From: Oceanospirillaceae bacterium
GTDB lineage: Bacteria; Pseudomonadota; Gammaproteobacteria; Pseudomonadales; Oceanobacteraceae
Reading direction: 5' to 3'
Length of the DNA: 61,644 nucleotides
Assembly (NCBI GenBank): GCA_002706025.1
Contig: PAJK01000034.1
Coordinates: 21,533-83,176 of the forward strand
A program made the translations under genes and the position numbers. The notes below the pieces were generated by a model. That model had not been told where the DNA came from. It saw only the letters and a list, made by a program, of their open reading frames with translations, and did not search any database. Below, one piece after another: positions 48,846-60,687 of the stretch. Every line of letters starts with the position of its first letter. Position 1 is the stretch's first letter.

Positions 48846-49148
48846 ATGGCATTATCAAACGAGCAAAAGAAAGCCTACCGCGCTATTGGCCACACTCTGA
48901 ACCCTATTGTGACCGTAGCAGCGAATGGCCTGTCTGAGGGCGTGATCGACGAACTGAACCGCGCTCTGGACGATCATGAGCTGATCAAAATCAAAATCTC
49001 AGTGGGTGATCGTGAGGTCAAGAAGGCTGTGATTCAGGAAATTCTGCGCATCACAGGTGCGGAAATGCCACAACAGATCGGCAATACCGCCCTGCTGCTG
49101 CGTCACAATCCAAAAGCCAAGGCTAACCTGTCTAACCTGAAGCGCTGA
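48846..49148 (+). CDS. yhbY: YhbY RNA-binding (CRM) protein
   Basis: GHTLNP, L..HELIKIK, QQIGN. Confidence 0.92.
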   Translation: MALSNEQKKAYRAIGHTLNPIVTVAANGLSEGVIDELNRALDDHELIKIKISVGDREVKKAVIQEILRITGAEMPQQIGNTALLLRHNPKAKANLSNLKR

Positions 49149-49240
49149 CCCCTGACAGCAGGCCAAAGTCGTGAACTTTGCCTGCTGCATTTCCTGTAAC
49201 GGGCAAACCGCCTGAATCTCTGGCCGGTTACCGCCGCCAA

Positions 49241-49621
49241 TCAGCCATGCCGGCGATCACGCACCAGTACCTGAGCTGGCGCCATCATAAGCCAGATAAG
49301 CCCCAGCAGTGAGATGGTGTGCAACATCATCATCTGCAGCTTCCACCAGGGCATCAGGGCGAAATACATCAAAGACAGCACCATCATCACCAGCATGATC
49401 TGCAAAGGTGTTTCCCGCCACTGCAACGGTTGGGAAAATCGCGCCAACAACAGCATGATCGCGCCGCATACCAGCCCCAGACCATCCATTACATGCAGCA
49501 CCTCCATACCGTGCTGCGGAAAAAAGCCCCGGTGCTCTAACAGAGGCCGCACCAGATAAACACTGGCCCACAGCCCACCGAGCCAGAAAGTACGCAATAA
49601 AATCAGGTAATGCCGGACCAT
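49241..49621 (-). CDS. Four-TM membrane protein (DUF4149-like)
   Basis: FWLGGLWA..YLVRP.L pattern; GGAGG RBS; sits where this family lies in the greA-yhbY interval in pseudomonads. Confidence 0.6.
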   Translation of the reverse strand: MVRHYLILLRTFWLGGLWASVYLVRPLLEHRGFFPQHGMEVLHVMDGLGLVCGAIMLLLARFSQPLQWRETPLQIMLVMMVLSLMYFALMPWWKLQMMMLHTISLLGLIWLMMAPAQVLVRDRRHG

Positions 49622-49765
49622 AACACCTCCGTCCCGGGTGACCAGATCAGCATAACCCAAACGAAAGTTGGACGGGCGCACTTTTCCGGCGATAATGTGG
49701 CCAATCATAATAAGGGCCGCAACCCAGGCCCTGGCTCACAAAGTAAAATAAAGGTCACACAACAC

Positions 49766-50884
49766 ATGTCGAATATTGTTATTTCCGGTACCGGACTGTT
49801 TATCCCCCCACACGTCATCACCAACGAAGAACTGGTACAGGCATTTAACCAATATGTCGACAACTTCAATGCCCGCAATGCGGATGCCATTGCCGCGGGC
49901 GAAAAAGAAGCTCTGTCCTACTCCAGCCCGGAATTCATCGAAAAAGCCTCCGGCATCAAAGCCCGTTACGCCATGTATAAAGATGGCATCCTCGACCCGG
50001 AAGTTATGCACCCGGTATTCCCGATGACCGAGGAAGGCAAAACACCGGAAATGGTAACCATGGGTATTGGCGCAGCTAAGCAGGCGATGGAACAGGCCGG
50101 CAAAACGCCGGAAGACATCGATATGATCGTAGTCTCCGGTACCTTCCGCCAGCGTGATTACCCGGGCATGTCTGTGGAAATTCAGCGCGATCTGGGCATC
50201 AAAGGTTTCGCCTATGACATGGGCATCGCCTGCTCATCCGCAACCTTCGGCCTGATCAATGCGTACACGGCGCTGAAAGCCGGTACCGCCAAATGCGTAC
50301 TCTTCATCAACCCGGAGTTCACTACCCCGGGTCTGAACTTCAAAGACCGTGACAGCCACTTTATTTTTGGTGACGTCGCCACTGCAGCCATCCTGGAAGC
50401 AGAAGAAAACGCGAATCCAGAGCACGCCTTCCGTATTCTGAACACCAAACAGTTTACCCAGTACTCCGACAACATCCGTACGGATCAGTCCTACGCTGAT
50501 TACTGTTTCGACAATGTGCCGGAAGACCGCTATGCCTTTAAACAGCGCGGCCGCAAAGTATTCAAAGAACTGCTGCCACTGGTGACCAATTTCATTGAAG
50601 AACAGATGTCAGAAAACCAGATGACGGCTTCTGATCTGAAACGTATGTGGCTGCACCAGGCGAACGTCAACATGAACATGTTTGCGGCGAAGAAACTGCT
50701 GGGCCGTATGCCTGAGCCAATTGAAGCACCTGTGGTGCTGGATGAATTCGCTAATACGGCATCTTCTGGCTCCGTTATCGCCTTCCATCGCTACAGTGAA
50801 GACTTCCAGCCGGGTGAGCGTGGCCTGATCTGCTCCTTCGGTGCCGGCTACTCCATTGGCAGCCTGCTGGTCGAAAAAGTCTGA
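49766..50884 (+). CDS. Beta-ketoacyl-ACP synthase III, PA3286-like (acyl-CoA-primed) subfamily
   Basis: MSNIVISGTGL..FIEKASGIK..R; catalytic ACSS, HQAN and NT; FGAGYS. Confidence 0.88.
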   Translation: MSNIVISGTGLFIPPHVITNEELVQAFNQYVDNFNARNADAIAAGEKEALSYSSPEFIEKASGIKARYAMYKDGILDPEVMHPVFPMTEEGKTPEMVTMGIGAAKQAMEQAGKTPEDIDMIVVSGTFRQRDYPGMSVEIQRDLGIKGFAYDMGIACSSATFGLINAYTALKAGTAKCVLFINPEFTTPGLNFKDRDSHFIFGDVATAAILEAEENANPEHAFRILNTKQFTQYSDNIRTDQSYADYCFDNVPEDRYAFKQRGRKVFKELLPLVTNFIEEQMSENQMTASDLKRMWLHQANVNMNMFAAKKLLGRMPEPIEAPVVLDEFANTASSGSVIAFHRYSEDFQPGERGLICSFGAGYSIGSLLVEKV

Positions 50885-51050
50885 TAACGACATAAGCTCC
50901 CCAAACTGCAGGTCTAACCGGACCTGCAGCTCGCATATTCCCTGGCCTTTCCGGCATTCTTTCCTTTATTTCAAAAAAGCTTCATTAGCTATAGCTATGG
51001 TTTTGTGTCACTGTTTCGACATGAACATCCTTTAAGACCGAGGAAACTGA

Positions 51051-51566
51051 ATGACCCGCCAGGAAAGTTACAACCGCGAAGAATTATTGGCCTGTGGCCA
51101 CGGCGAATTATTTGGCGAAGGGAATGCACGCCTGCCTCTCCCGAATATGCTGATGATGGACCGCATTACAAAAATCAGCGAAGAAGGCGGCGAATACGGT
51201 AAAGGCGAAATGATCGCAGAGCTGGATATCGATCCTTCCCTGTGGTTCTTTGACTGTCACTTTGAAACTGACCCTGTTATGCCAGGCTGTCTGGGCCTCG
51301 ACGCTATGTGGCAGCTGGTTGGCTTCTATCTGGGCTGGCGTGGCAACCCCGGCTGTGGCCGCGCACTGGGTTGTGGTGAAGTGAAATTCCGTGGTCAGGT
51401 ACTGCCGACCGCGAAGAAAGTAACTTACCGCATCAGCCTGAAGCGCGTGATGGAACAGAAACTGGTAATGGGCATTGCCGATGCAGTAATGGAAGTCGAC
51501 GGTAAAGAAATTTACTGGGCGAAAGATCTGCGTGTCGGCCTGTTCACTTCAACCGACGATTTCTGA
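51051..51566 (+). CDS. fabA: 3-hydroxyacyl-ACP dehydratase/isomerase FabA
   Basis: [35 protein letters not shown]. Confidence 0.97.
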   Translation: MTRQESYNREELLACGHGELFGEGNARLPLPNMLMMDRITKISEEGGEYGKGEMIAELDIDPSLWFFDCHFETDPVMPGCLGLDAMWQLVGFYLGWRGNPGCGRALGCGEVKFRGQVLPTAKKVTYRISLKRVMEQKLVMGIADAVMEVDGKEIYWAKDLRVGLFTSTDDF

Positions 51567-51694
51567 TCATTTCAGTCAGGTAACGTCCTGATTGTCCTGC
51601 CTACACATGGGTTCAGTTATCTGAGCGACTGAACCCATGTTCAGATACCTGATAATTCAGTTAAAATGGTATGACCGTAACATGAGGAAACCAT

Positions 51695-52213
51695 GTGGGA
51701 CATATCTCTGAAACTGTGATGACCGAACTGGTCACACCCGATCTGGCAAACTTCTCCGGCAAAATGCACGGCGGAGAATTACTCAAACTGCTGGATAAAG
51801 TCGCCTACACCTGCGCTATGCGCTACAGCGGTTATTACGCTGTTACCCTGTCTGTAGACAACGTTTTATTTAAAGAACCAATTTATATCGGTGAACTGAT
51901 TACCTGTCTGGCGACGGTGAATTTTACCGGTAATACCTCCATGGAAGTCGGTATTAAAGTCGTTGCAGAAAACATTAAGGAAAAGACTGTTCGCCACACG
52001 CACTCGTGTTATTTCACCATGGTTGCCATGGGTGATGATGCCAGGCCAACACCTGTTCCTAAACTGGAACCAATGGACGAAATTCAGATCCGTCGCTGGA
52101 ACAAAGCCCTGAAACGTCGCGAAGCACAACGCAAGCTGCAGCGCATGCTGAAAGCCATCGAGCAGGATGATGACGACGATTTTGAAGATCTGCCTTTAAT
52201 CCCCTGTCCCTGA
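51695..52213 (+). CDS. Hotdog-fold acyl-CoA thioesterase (YciA-like)
   Basis: ANFSGKMHGG..LLDK, TGNTSMEVG, FTMVA; GTG start. Confidence 0.88.
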   Translation: MGHISETVMTELVTPDLANFSGKMHGGELLKLLDKVAYTCAMRYSGYYAVTLSVDNVLFKEPIYIGELITCLATVNFTGNTSMEVGIKVVAENIKEKTVRHTHSCYFTMVAMGDDARPTPVPKLEPMDEIQIRRWNKALKRREAQRKLQRMLKAIEQDDDDDFEDLPLIPCP

Positions 52214-52246
52214 CGACTCAGCCTCAGTACCGAGTAAAAATCAGAC

Positions 52247-52279
52247 ATAAAAAAACCGCGCAATGCGCGGTTTTTTTAT
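52247..52279. terminator. Bidirectional terminator (thioesterase / greA)
   Basis: ATAAAAAAACCGCGC-AAT-GCGCGGTTTTTTTAT. Confidence 0.9.
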
Positions 52280-52295
52280 CGACGGAATTCAGCCC

Positions 52296-52772
52296 TCAGA
52301 GGTGCTGAACTTCATCAATTTCGTACTCCACCATGCCGCTTGGGATTTTCACCGCCACAACATCGCCTTCTTCTTTACCAATCAGTGCACGGGCAATTGG
52401 CGACGAGACAGAAATGCGATTATTTTTAATACTCGCTTCGTCATCGCCGACAATTTTGTACTGCACTTCTTCTTCAGTATCGACATTGATAATGCGAACC
52501 GTGGTACCGAACAACACCTTACCAGTGTGAGGGATAGTTTTAATATCAATCACCTGAGCGTTGGACAACTTTCCTTCAATTTCCTGAATACGGCCTTCAA
52601 TAAAACCCTGCTGTTCACGCGCAGCGTGATATTCAGCGTTTTCTTTCAGGTCTCCGTGCTCACGGGCCTCTGCAATCGCGGCAATTACCCTTGGGCGGTC
52701 TGTGGACTTCAGCTGCTGCAGTTCAGAACGCAGCGCTGCTTCCCCTTCTACCGTCATCGGAAATTTCTGCAT
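52296..52772 (-). CDS. greA: Transcription elongation factor GreA
   Basis: [32 protein letters not shown]. Confidence 0.98.
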   Translation of the reverse strand: MQKFPMTVEGEAALRSELQQLKSTDRPRVIAAIAEAREHGDLKENAEYHAAREQQGFIEGRIQEIEGKLSNAQVIDIKTIPHTGKVLFGTTVRIINVDTEEEVQYKIVGDDEASIKNNRISVSSPIARALIGKEEGDVVAVKIPSGMVEYEIDEVQHL

Positions 52773-52807
52773 ATCAATCTCCTTGTTTAATCACGCAACC
52801 TTACGAC

Positions 52808-55800
52808 TTAATTTACGGTTGCATGTAATTCTTGTAAGCGATGAACTTCTTTCAGACCTTCAGAACGCAGCGCTTCAACCACGGCTTCTGCCCCCGCCAT
52901 GGTGGTGGTGTAGTACACCTTATGCTGCAGCGCACTGCGACGGATATCCGCTGAATCAGCAATTGCCTGCGGACCGTCAGTGGTATTAATGATCAGAGAG
53001 ACTTCATCATTTTTGATCATATCAACGATGTGTGGACGACCTTCGGTCACCTTGTTCACGCGCTTAACGTCAACGCCAGCTTCTTTCAGTACACGACAAG
53101 TGCCTTCGGTAGACACCAGGCTGAAACCGATTTCAACCAGGCCTTTCGCCACAGCAACGACATTTTTCTTGTCGGCATCACGCACTGACAGGAAAGCCAC
53201 ACCTGAGTCCGGAATGCTTGCGCCGGCTCCCAGCTGAGCTTTGTAATAAGCTTCACCGAAAGTTTTACCTGCACCCATTACTTCACCGGTGGATTTCATT
53301 TCCGGTCCAAGAATCGGGTCAACACCCTGGAACTTGTTGAACGGGAACACGGCTTCTTTCACGGAGAAATACGGTGGAATAATTTCCGTGGTAAAGCCCA
53401 GTTCAGCCAGTGTTTTACCCGTCATCACTTTGGCCGCAATCGCTGCCAGAGAGGTACCGATACATTTGGATACGAACGGTACAGTACGGGATGCACGAGG
53501 GTTCACCTCGATCACATAGATCTCGCCATCCTGATAAGCCAGCTGAGTGTTCATCAGACCGACAACGCCCAGCTCCAGAGCCATGGCAGCCACCTGCTCA
53601 CGCATGGTGTCCTGCACGTCTTTTGGCAGACTGTAAGGCGGCAGAGAACAGGCGGAGTCACCGGAGTGAATACCAGCCTGTTCAATATGTTGCATGATAC
53701 CGCCAATCACTACCTGTTCGCCGTCACATACGGCATCAATGTCCACTTCAATGGCACGATCAAGGAAGTAATCCAGCAGAACCGGTGAATCGTTAGAAAC
53801 TTTTACCGCTTCCGTCATATAACGGCGCAGAGCAGTTTCATCGTTGACGATTTCCATCGCACGACCACCCAGAACATAGGAAGGACGCACAACCAGCGGA
53901 TAACCGATTTCCAGTGCCTTAACCACGGCTTCTTCAGCAGAAGTTACCGTCGCATTCTGTGGCTGCTTCAGTCCCAGACGCTGAATCATATGCTGGAAGC
54001 GCTCACGGTCTTCCGCACGGTCGATCGCTTCCGGTGACGTACCGATAATCGGCACACCGGCTGCTTCCAGTTCTTCCGCCAGCTTCAGTGGTGTCTGACC
54101 ACCATACTGTACGATCACACCTTTCGGTTGTTCTTTATCGACAATTTCCAGCACGTCTTCCAGTGTCACCGGCTCGAAATACAGACGGTCTGACGTGTCA
54201 TAGTCAGTGGACACAGTCTCCGGGTTACAGTTCACCATAATGGCTTCATAACCCAGTTCTTTGGACGCCAGCGCTGCGTGTACACAGCAATAATCGAATT
54301 CAATACCCTGACCGATACGGTTAGGACCACCACCGAGCACGATGATTTTTTCACGGTCAGACGGGTTTGCTTCACACTCTTCTTCGTACGTGGAATACAT
54401 GTACGCAGTATCAGTCGCGAATTCAGCCGCACAGGTATCCACACGTTTATAAACCGGGCGGATATTCAGTTTCTGACGGTATTTACGGAAGGTTTTTTCA
54501 GTAACACCCATCAGCTCAGCCAGACGCGCATCGGAAAAACCTTTACGCTTCAGGCGATAAATGCGATCTGCATCCAGAGACTGCAGGCTGCTTTGTGCAA
54601 CCGCAGCTTCTTCTTTGATCAGATCTTCGATCTGCACCAGGAACCACGGATCAATAGCAGAGTGCTCGTACACTTCGTCAACACTCATGCCAGCACGGAA
54701 GGCATCGCCCACGTACCAGATACGCTCGGAACGCGGTGTACGCAGTTCAGAAATAATTTTGTCTTTGGCACCAGCGTCGTTCAGATCCACTTTCGGATCA
54801 AAACCAACAGAACCCACTTCCAGACCGCGCAGTGCTTTCTGCATGGATTCCTGCTGAGTACGGCCAATCGCCATGACTTCGCCCACAGATTTCATCTGAG
54901 TGGTCAGACGGCCATCTGCCTGTGGGAACTTTTCAAAGGTGAAACGTGGAATTTTGGTCACCACGTAGTCGATGGACGGCTCGAAAGACGCCGGGGTTGC
55001 ACCGCCGGTAATGTCATTCTGCAGTTCATCCAGGGTGTAACCTACTGCCAGCTTGGCAGCCACTTTAGCAATCGGGAAACCGGTTGCTTTGGAAGCCAGT
55101 GCAGAGGAACGGGATACCCGCGGGTTCATTTCGATCACGACCATACGGCCGTCTTTCGGGTTCAGACCGAACTGAACGTTAGAACCGCCGGTTTCCACAC
55201 CGATTTCACGCAGTACTGCCAAAGAGGCATCACGCATGATCTGGTATTCTTTATCGGTCAGCGTCTGTGCAGGTGCCACGGTGATAGAGTCACCTGTGTG
55301 CACCCCCATGGCATCGAAGTTTTCGATGGAGCAGATGATGATGCAGTTGTCGTTTTTATCACGCACAACTTCCATCTCGTACTCTTTCCAGCCGATCAGT
55401 GATTCGTCGATCAGCAGCTCATTGGTTGGCGACAGGTCCAGACCACGGGTACAGATTTCTTCGAATTCTTCTTTGTTATAAGCGATACCACCACCGGTAC
55501 CACCCATAGTGAAGGAAGGACGGATAATGCATGGGAAGCCGAGGCCTTTCTGCACTTCACGGGCTTCTTCCATACTGTGCGCAATACCGGCACGCGGACA
55601 CTCCAGACCGATGGATTTCATCGCCTGGTCGAAACGGTCACGGTCTTCGGCTTTGTCGATGGTATCCGCGTTGGCACCGATCATCTCCACACCGAATTTT
55701 TCCAGTACACCAGCCTGTTCCAGACCCAGCGCACAGTTCAGTGCAGTCTGGCCGCCCATGGTTGGCAGCAGCGCATCCGGACGCTCTTTTTCGATGATCT

Positions 55801-56026
55801 TGCTTACCGCTTCAATGGTGATCGGCTCAATATAGGTCGCATCAGCCATGGCCGGATCGGTCATGATGGTGGCCGGGTTAGAGTTCACCAGAATAACGCG
55901 GAAACCCTCTTCGCGCAGCGCCTTACAGGCCTGGGCACCGGAGTAGTCAAACTCACAGGCCTGGCCGATAACGATTGGGCCAGCGCCGATAATCAGAATA
56001 CTTTTTATGTCAGTACGTTTTGGCAT
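52808..56026 (-). CDS. carB: Carbamoyl-phosphate synthase large subunit
   Basis: [17 protein letters not shown]; two ATP-grasp halves; MGS domain. Confidence 0.99.
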   Translation of the reverse strand: MPKRTDIKSILIIGAGPIVIGQACEFDYSGAQACKALREEGFRVILVNSNPATIMTDPAMADATYIEPITIEAVSKIIEKERPDALLPTMGGQTALNCALGLEQAGVLEKFGVEMIGANADTIDKAEDRDRFDQAMKSIGLECPRAGIAHSMEEAREVQKGLGFPCIIRPSFTMGGTGGGIAYNKEEFEEICTRGLDLSPTNELLIDESLIGWKEYEMEVVRDKNDNCIIICSIENFDAMGVHTGDSITVAPAQTLTDKEYQIMRDASLAVLREIGVETGGSNVQFGLNPKDGRMVVIEMNPRVSRSSALASKATGFPIAKVAAKLAVGYTLDELQNDITGGATPASFEPSIDYVVTKIPRFTFEKFPQADGRLTTQMKSVGEVMAIGRTQQESMQKALRGLEVGSVGFDPKVDLNDAGAKDKIISELRTPRSERIWYVGDAFRAGMSVDEVYEHSAIDPWFLVQIEDLIKEEAAVAQSSLQSLDADRIYRLKRKGFSDARLAELMGVTEKTFRKYRQKLNIRPVYKRVDTCAAEFATDTAYMYSTYEEECEANPSDREKIIVLGGGPNRIGQGIEFDYCCVHAALASKELGYEAIMVNCNPETVSTDYDTSDRLYFEPVTLEDVLEIVDKEQPKGVIVQYGGQTPLKLAEELEAAGVPIIGTSPEAIDRAEDRERFQHMIQRLGLKQPQNATVTSAEEAVVKALEIGYPLVVRPSYVLGGRAMEIVNDETALRRYMTEAVKVSNDSPVLLDYFLDRAIEVDIDAVCDGEQVVIGGIMQHIEQAGIHSGDSACSLPPYSLPKDVQDTMREQVAAMALELGVVGLMNTQLAYQDGEIYVIEVNPRASRTVPFVSKCIGTSLAAIAAKVMTGKTLAELGFTTEIIPPYFSVKEAVFPFNKFQGVDPILGPEMKSTGEVMGAGKTFGEAYYKAQLGAGASIPDSGVAFLSVRDADKKNVVAVAKGLVEIGFSLVSTEGTCRVLKEAGVDVKRVNKVTEGRPHIVDMIKNDEVSLIINTTDGPQAIADSADIRRSALQHKVYYTTTMAGAEAVVEALRSEGLKEVHRLQELHATVN

Positions 56027-56045
56027 GTCTCGGTCTGTCCTGTTA

Positions 56046-57188
56046 TTACGCTTTGGCGGCTGTCATCAGTTCAATGAAGTGGTCGAACAATGGGGCAACA
56101 TCTTTCGGACCCGGGCTCGCTTCAGGGTGACCCTGGAAGCTGAAAGCAGGCTTATCGGTACGGGCGATGCCCTGCAGAGTGCCATCGAACAGCGATTTAT
56201 GAGTGGCTTTCAGATTGGCCGGCAGACTGTCTTCGTCAACAGCAAAACCGTGGTTCTGGGAAGTGATCATAACCTTGCCGCTTGCCAGATCCTGCACCGG
56301 GTGGTTACCACCGTGGTGACCATGACCCATTTTTACAGTCTTCGCTCCGGAAGCCAGCGCCAGCAGCTGGTGACCAAGGCAGATACCAAAAACAGGGATT
56401 TCGGTTTCCAGAATATTCTGGATGGCAGTAATAGCGTAATCACATGGCTCCGGGTCACCAGGGCCATTGGACAGGAAAACACCGTCCGGATTCATCGCCA
56501 GTACGTCTGCGGCCGGAGTCTGGGCCGGAACAACCGTCAGCTCACAACCACGCTCCGCTAATAAGCGCAGAATGTTGCGCTTCACACCGAAGTCATAAGC
56601 AACGACTTTGAATTTTGCATCTTTCAGTTCGCCGTAACCTTCGCCCAGAGTCCAGTCTGTTTCTGTCCACTGGTAGGCTTCTTTAACAGTCACTTCTTTC
56701 GCCAGATCCATGCCTTTCAGGCCAGGGAATGCCGTTGCCTGTGCCTGTGCTTCAGCGATGTTGTCTTCGCTGTAAGCGTCTTCAGCCACCAGAATGCAGC
56801 CATTCAGAGAGCCTTTTTCACGCAGAATGCGGGTCAGGCGACGGGTATCAATATCAGCAATACCACAGACGTTGCGTTCTTTCAGATAAACATCCAGAGC
56901 CTGTTCGCTGCGGAAGTTAGAAGCGATCAGAGGAAGATCGCGGATGATCAGGCCTTTGGCAAAAATGGCGGCAGATTCTTCATCTTCGCTATTGGTGCCG
57001 TAGTTACCGATGTGTGGATAGGTTAAAGTGACAATCTGGTTAGCGTAGGATGGATCAGTCAGAATCTCCTGGTAGCCCGTCATGGAGGTGTTAAATACAA
57101 CCTCTCCAACAGCGTGACCAGTTGCACCAATGCTGGTGCCCTTAAAGATACTGCCGTCCTCAAGCGCTAGAATGGCTGGCGTAGACAA
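56046..57188 (-). CDS. carA: Carbamoyl-phosphate synthase small subunit
   Basis: [33 protein letters not shown]; TTG start behind GGGGA. Confidence 0.98.
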   Translation of the reverse strand: MSTPAILALEDGSIFKGTSIGATGHAVGEVVFNTSMTGYQEILTDPSYANQIVTLTYPHIGNYGTNSEDEESAAIFAKGLIIRDLPLIASNFRSEQALDVYLKERNVCGIADIDTRRLTRILREKGSLNGCILVAEDAYSEDNIAEAQAQATAFPGLKGMDLAKEVTVKEAYQWTETDWTLGEGYGELKDAKFKVVAYDFGVKRNILRLLAERGCELTVVPAQTPAADVLAMNPDGVFLSNGPGDPEPCDYAITAIQNILETEIPVFGICLGHQLLALASGAKTVKMGHGHHGGNHPVQDLASGKVMITSQNHGFAVDEDSLPANLKATHKSLFDGTLQGIARTDKPAFSFQGHPEASPGPKDVAPLFDHFIELMTAAKA

Positions 57189-57258
57189 AGTTAATTCCCC
57201 GAACAAAGAAACAAAATCTGCAGATGACGCACCGCTGAACCGCCTAGGCTCTGGCCGT

Positions 57259-57296
57259 AAAAAAGCGGAATGGTGACATTCTGACTCCATTCCGCT
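57259..57296 (-). terminator. Terminator hairpin inside the carA leader (attenuator candidate)
   Basis: AGCGGAATGG/CCATTCCGCT stem followed by a U-tract, between the promoter and the start codon. Confidence 0.7.
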
Positions 57297-57359
57297 AATT
57301 TCGGGCTGTTTTCGGCGGCTTTTCAAAGTAACCGCAGTACGTGCTTTAATTAACCCTAA

Positions 57360-57388
57360 AGGATACTGAAAACAGTGGCTTATGTCCA
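57360..57388 (-). promoter_or_regulatory. Sigma70-type carA promoter
   Basis: TGGACA-N17-TATCCT on minus. Confidence 0.6.
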
Positions 57389-57547
57389 TTCATAAAGTAC
57401 CCTTAAGTAGCAGCCCTCTTGTCCGGCAACGACGCCGCAGTCCTCATTTCTCCGCACACACTCCCACAACCCCATACACCCGGTAACAACCACCCGGGCG
57501 CGAAAATTCAGCGTGAAATATCAGTACTTCTACCGACTCAATGACAG

Positions 57548-57689
57548 ATTACATATTGTTACAATATATTACATACAAATTTACACTCGATAAAACTTCA
57601 CTCCATCGCCTGAGAGTTCTTAAATAATCGTTATTGAGAGGGTTAACTACTGAGAGAACCTACAATAGTGAAAACCATTCTCAATAACG
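57548..57689 (+). promoter_or_regulatory. Complex upstream region of the HapR-like gene
   Basis: Three 10-bp-period TTACA repeats; inverted repeat 57629-57689; Fur-like 7-1-7 at 57669-57683. Confidence 0.5.
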
Positions 57690-57762
57690 CACATTTTCAC
57701 TGAAAGACCGGGCAGACCGTGCTGTCCGCCGATACACAATACAATATTCTAAGAGGTACTTT

Positions 57763-58371
57763 ATGCCCGTAGCTGTCGAAGGTCGTCGCCGCCTGCAACC
57801 CGAAGAGCGCAAAAAACTGCTGCTGAGAGACGCCGTTGAAGTGTTCGCAAAACGCGGCATCGGCCGTGGTGGTCACACTGAAATTGCCGAACTGGGTGGT
57901 GTATCCGTTGCCACCGTGTTCAATTACTTCAAAACCCGCGAAGCGCTGGTTGATGCTGTCCTGACCGAAGTGGAAGACTACCTGCTGGGCATGGCCGAGC
58001 AGATCAACGAGGAATACAGCAACCCGGTTGAAGCGATCCGCGCCAACGTCAATGGCTTCCTGCAGGCCTGTGAAGACAACCCGGATTACATCAAAGTATG
58101 GCTGGAGTGGAGTGCTTCGGTACGCGATGAAATCTGGCCTCAGTACCTCGCCTTCCAGAATAAAATTCTGGATATCTTCAGTGATCAGGTAGACCGCGGT
58201 ATCAAAATGGGTCTGCTGGATATGGGCCTGGCACCGCGCGAACGTGCACGCTGGGCACTGGGTAACTCACAGATGCTGGTGTCGATGATCTTTGATCCGG
58301 CCGGTAAACCAGCGGGCATGGAGCAGATGGTCGAGCGTGGTTTCGACCATATCCTCGGTGTAAAGCACTGA
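57763..58371 (+). CDS. TetR-family regulator of the Vibrio LuxR/HapR/SmcR/LitR quorum-sensing master-regulator type
   Basis: EVFAKRGIGRGGH..IAE...VSVATVFNYF.TRE.LVD.VL and KVW.EWSAS.RDE.WP match the HapR/LuxR signature. Confidence 0.88.
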   Translation: MPVAVEGRRRLQPEERKKLLLRDAVEVFAKRGIGRGGHTEIAELGGVSVATVFNYFKTREALVDAVLTEVEDYLLGMAEQINEEYSNPVEAIRANVNGFLQACEDNPDYIKVWLEWSASVRDEIWPQYLAFQNKILDIFSDQVDRGIKMGLLDMGLAPRERARWALGNSQMLVSMIFDPAGKPAGMEQMVERGFDHILGVKH

Positions 58372-58387
58372 TCTGAAAAAGCCTCAC

Positions 58388-58425
58388 CCATAAAAAAACC
58401 GCTCAATTGAGCGGTTTTTTTATGG
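58388..58425. terminator. Bidirectional terminator (tetR / dapB)
   Basis: CCATAAAAAAACCGCTC-AATT-GAGCGGTTTTTTTATGG. Confidence 0.9.
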
Positions 58426-58450
58426 CGTTCTCAATACAGGTAAACCGGCA

Positions 58451-59284
<834 letters not shown>

Positions 59285-59374
59285 CTAAGGATATAGCGAT
59301 TGAACGTCAGATGCGAGGCGCCCGGGCCATGCCGGGCCACCCCACTCAGTTATCGGACCAGCGCTGGCTGGTGA

Positions 59375-60496
59375 TCAGATGTCTTCGAAGAACTTCTTCA
59401 CACCTTCAAACCAGCTTTTCTTCTGTGGCGAGTGTTTTTCACCGGTCAGCGATTCCTGGAACTTCATCAGCAGATCTTTCTGCTCTGAGGTCAGGTTAAC
59501 CGGCGTTTCTACCTGCACACGACACAGCAGATCACCAGCCGGGCCACCACGCACCGGGGTGACACCTTTACCACGCAGACGGAAAAGTTTGCCGGACTGA
59601 GTTTCGGCGGGAATCTTCAGTTTGACCCGGCCATCCAGTGTCGGCACTTCCAGCTCACCACCCAATGCTGCATCAACAATGCTGATCGGCACATCACAGT
59701 ACAGGTTACGGCCATCACGGTGGAACAGATTATGTTCACGCACGCTGACCTGCACATACAGATCACCAGCCGGACCACCCATGGCACCCGCTTCGCCTTC
59801 ACCTGCCAGACGAATACGGTCACCGGTATCCACACCTGGCGGAATTTTCACCGACAGGGTTTTGGTTTCTTCTTTTACACCGCGACCGTGACAGCTGGTG
59901 CACGGATCATCAATCATAGTGCCCTGACCACGACAGCTCGGACAGGTCTGCTGCACCGAGAAGAAACCCTGCTGCATACGTACCTGACCAGCACCGTTAC
60001 AGGTGGTACAGGTTTTTGGCTTGGTACCCGGTTTGGCACCGGTACCATCACAGGTTTCACAGGATGCCAGCGTCGGGATGCGGATTTTCTTCTCGATACC
60101 GCGCACCGCTTCTTCCAGCGTCAGCTCCAGCGTATAACGCAGATCGGAACCACGTTGCGGGCCGCCGCGACCACCGCCGCCGCCACCAAAAATATCGCCG
60201 AACACATCGCCGAAAATATCGGAAAAGTTGGCACCACCTGCACCACCACCAAAGCCACCACCGGCCTGACCATCAACGCCAGCGTGACCAAACTGATCAT
60301 AAGCCTGACGTTTCTGCGCATCGCCCAGCACTTCGTAGGCTTCGGTCGCTTCCTTGAATTTTGCATCGGCGTCTTTATCGTCCGGGTTACGGTCCGGGTG
60401 ATACTTCATCGCCAGCTTACGATAAGCTTTTTTCAGTTCTTTCTGGTCAACGTCACGGCTGACTCCAAGAACCTCGTAATAATCTCGTTTTGACAT
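59375..60496 (-). CDS. dnaJ: Chaperone DnaJ
   Basis: J domain with HPD, G/F region, four CxxCxGxG repeats. Confidence 0.99.
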   Translation of the reverse strand: MSKRDYYEVLGVSRDVDQKELKKAYRKLAMKYHPDRNPDDKDADAKFKEATEAYEVLGDAQKRQAYDQFGHAGVDGQAGGGFGGGAGGANFSDIFGDVFGDIFGGGGGGRGGPQRGSDLRYTLELTLEEAVRGIEKKIRIPTLASCETCDGTGAKPGTKPKTCTTCNGAGQVRMQQGFFSVQQTCPSCRGQGTMIDDPCTSCHGRGVKEETKTLSVKIPPGVDTGDRIRLAGEGEAGAMGGPAGDLYVQVSVREHNLFHRDGRNLYCDVPISIVDAALGGELEVPTLDGRVKLKIPAETQSGKLFRLRGKGVTPVRGGPAGDLLCRVQVETPVNLTSEQKDLLMKFQESLTGEKHSPQKKSWFEGVKKFFEDI

Positions 60497-60687
60497 ATTG
60501 CACCTGTTGTTAATCTGCTGCCTGCGATGTCGTTCAGATCAGCAGGAACACAATCGGCTGTAACTTTTTCTATCAGATTTCTTTCTGGCTTTTTGCGAGT
60601 TTTCTTCAGGCAAAACAAGCAAAAAAACGCGACAGCCCTCGTAAAGGAAGACTGCCGCGTTCTCAGATGATCAATTCAAGGAATTGA

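Noticed and set aside
51693-51721. 8-codon uORF (MWDISLKL) coupled by TGATG to an internal Met of the thioesterase
   Set aside because: The GTG at 51695 has good RBS spacing and preserves the first strand expected in this fold; probably coincidental
57189-57389. N-terminal extensions in the ORF track (carA, rbfA, rimP, KAS III, PhzF, beta-CASP, SYLF)
   Set aside because: Homology starts downstream and better RBS-linked starts exist; extensions treated as leader sequence
57690-57762. Qrr sRNA pairing site in the HapR-like 5' UTR
   Set aside because: No recognisable complement to the Qrr core as I recall it; needs IntaRNA with real sRNA candidates
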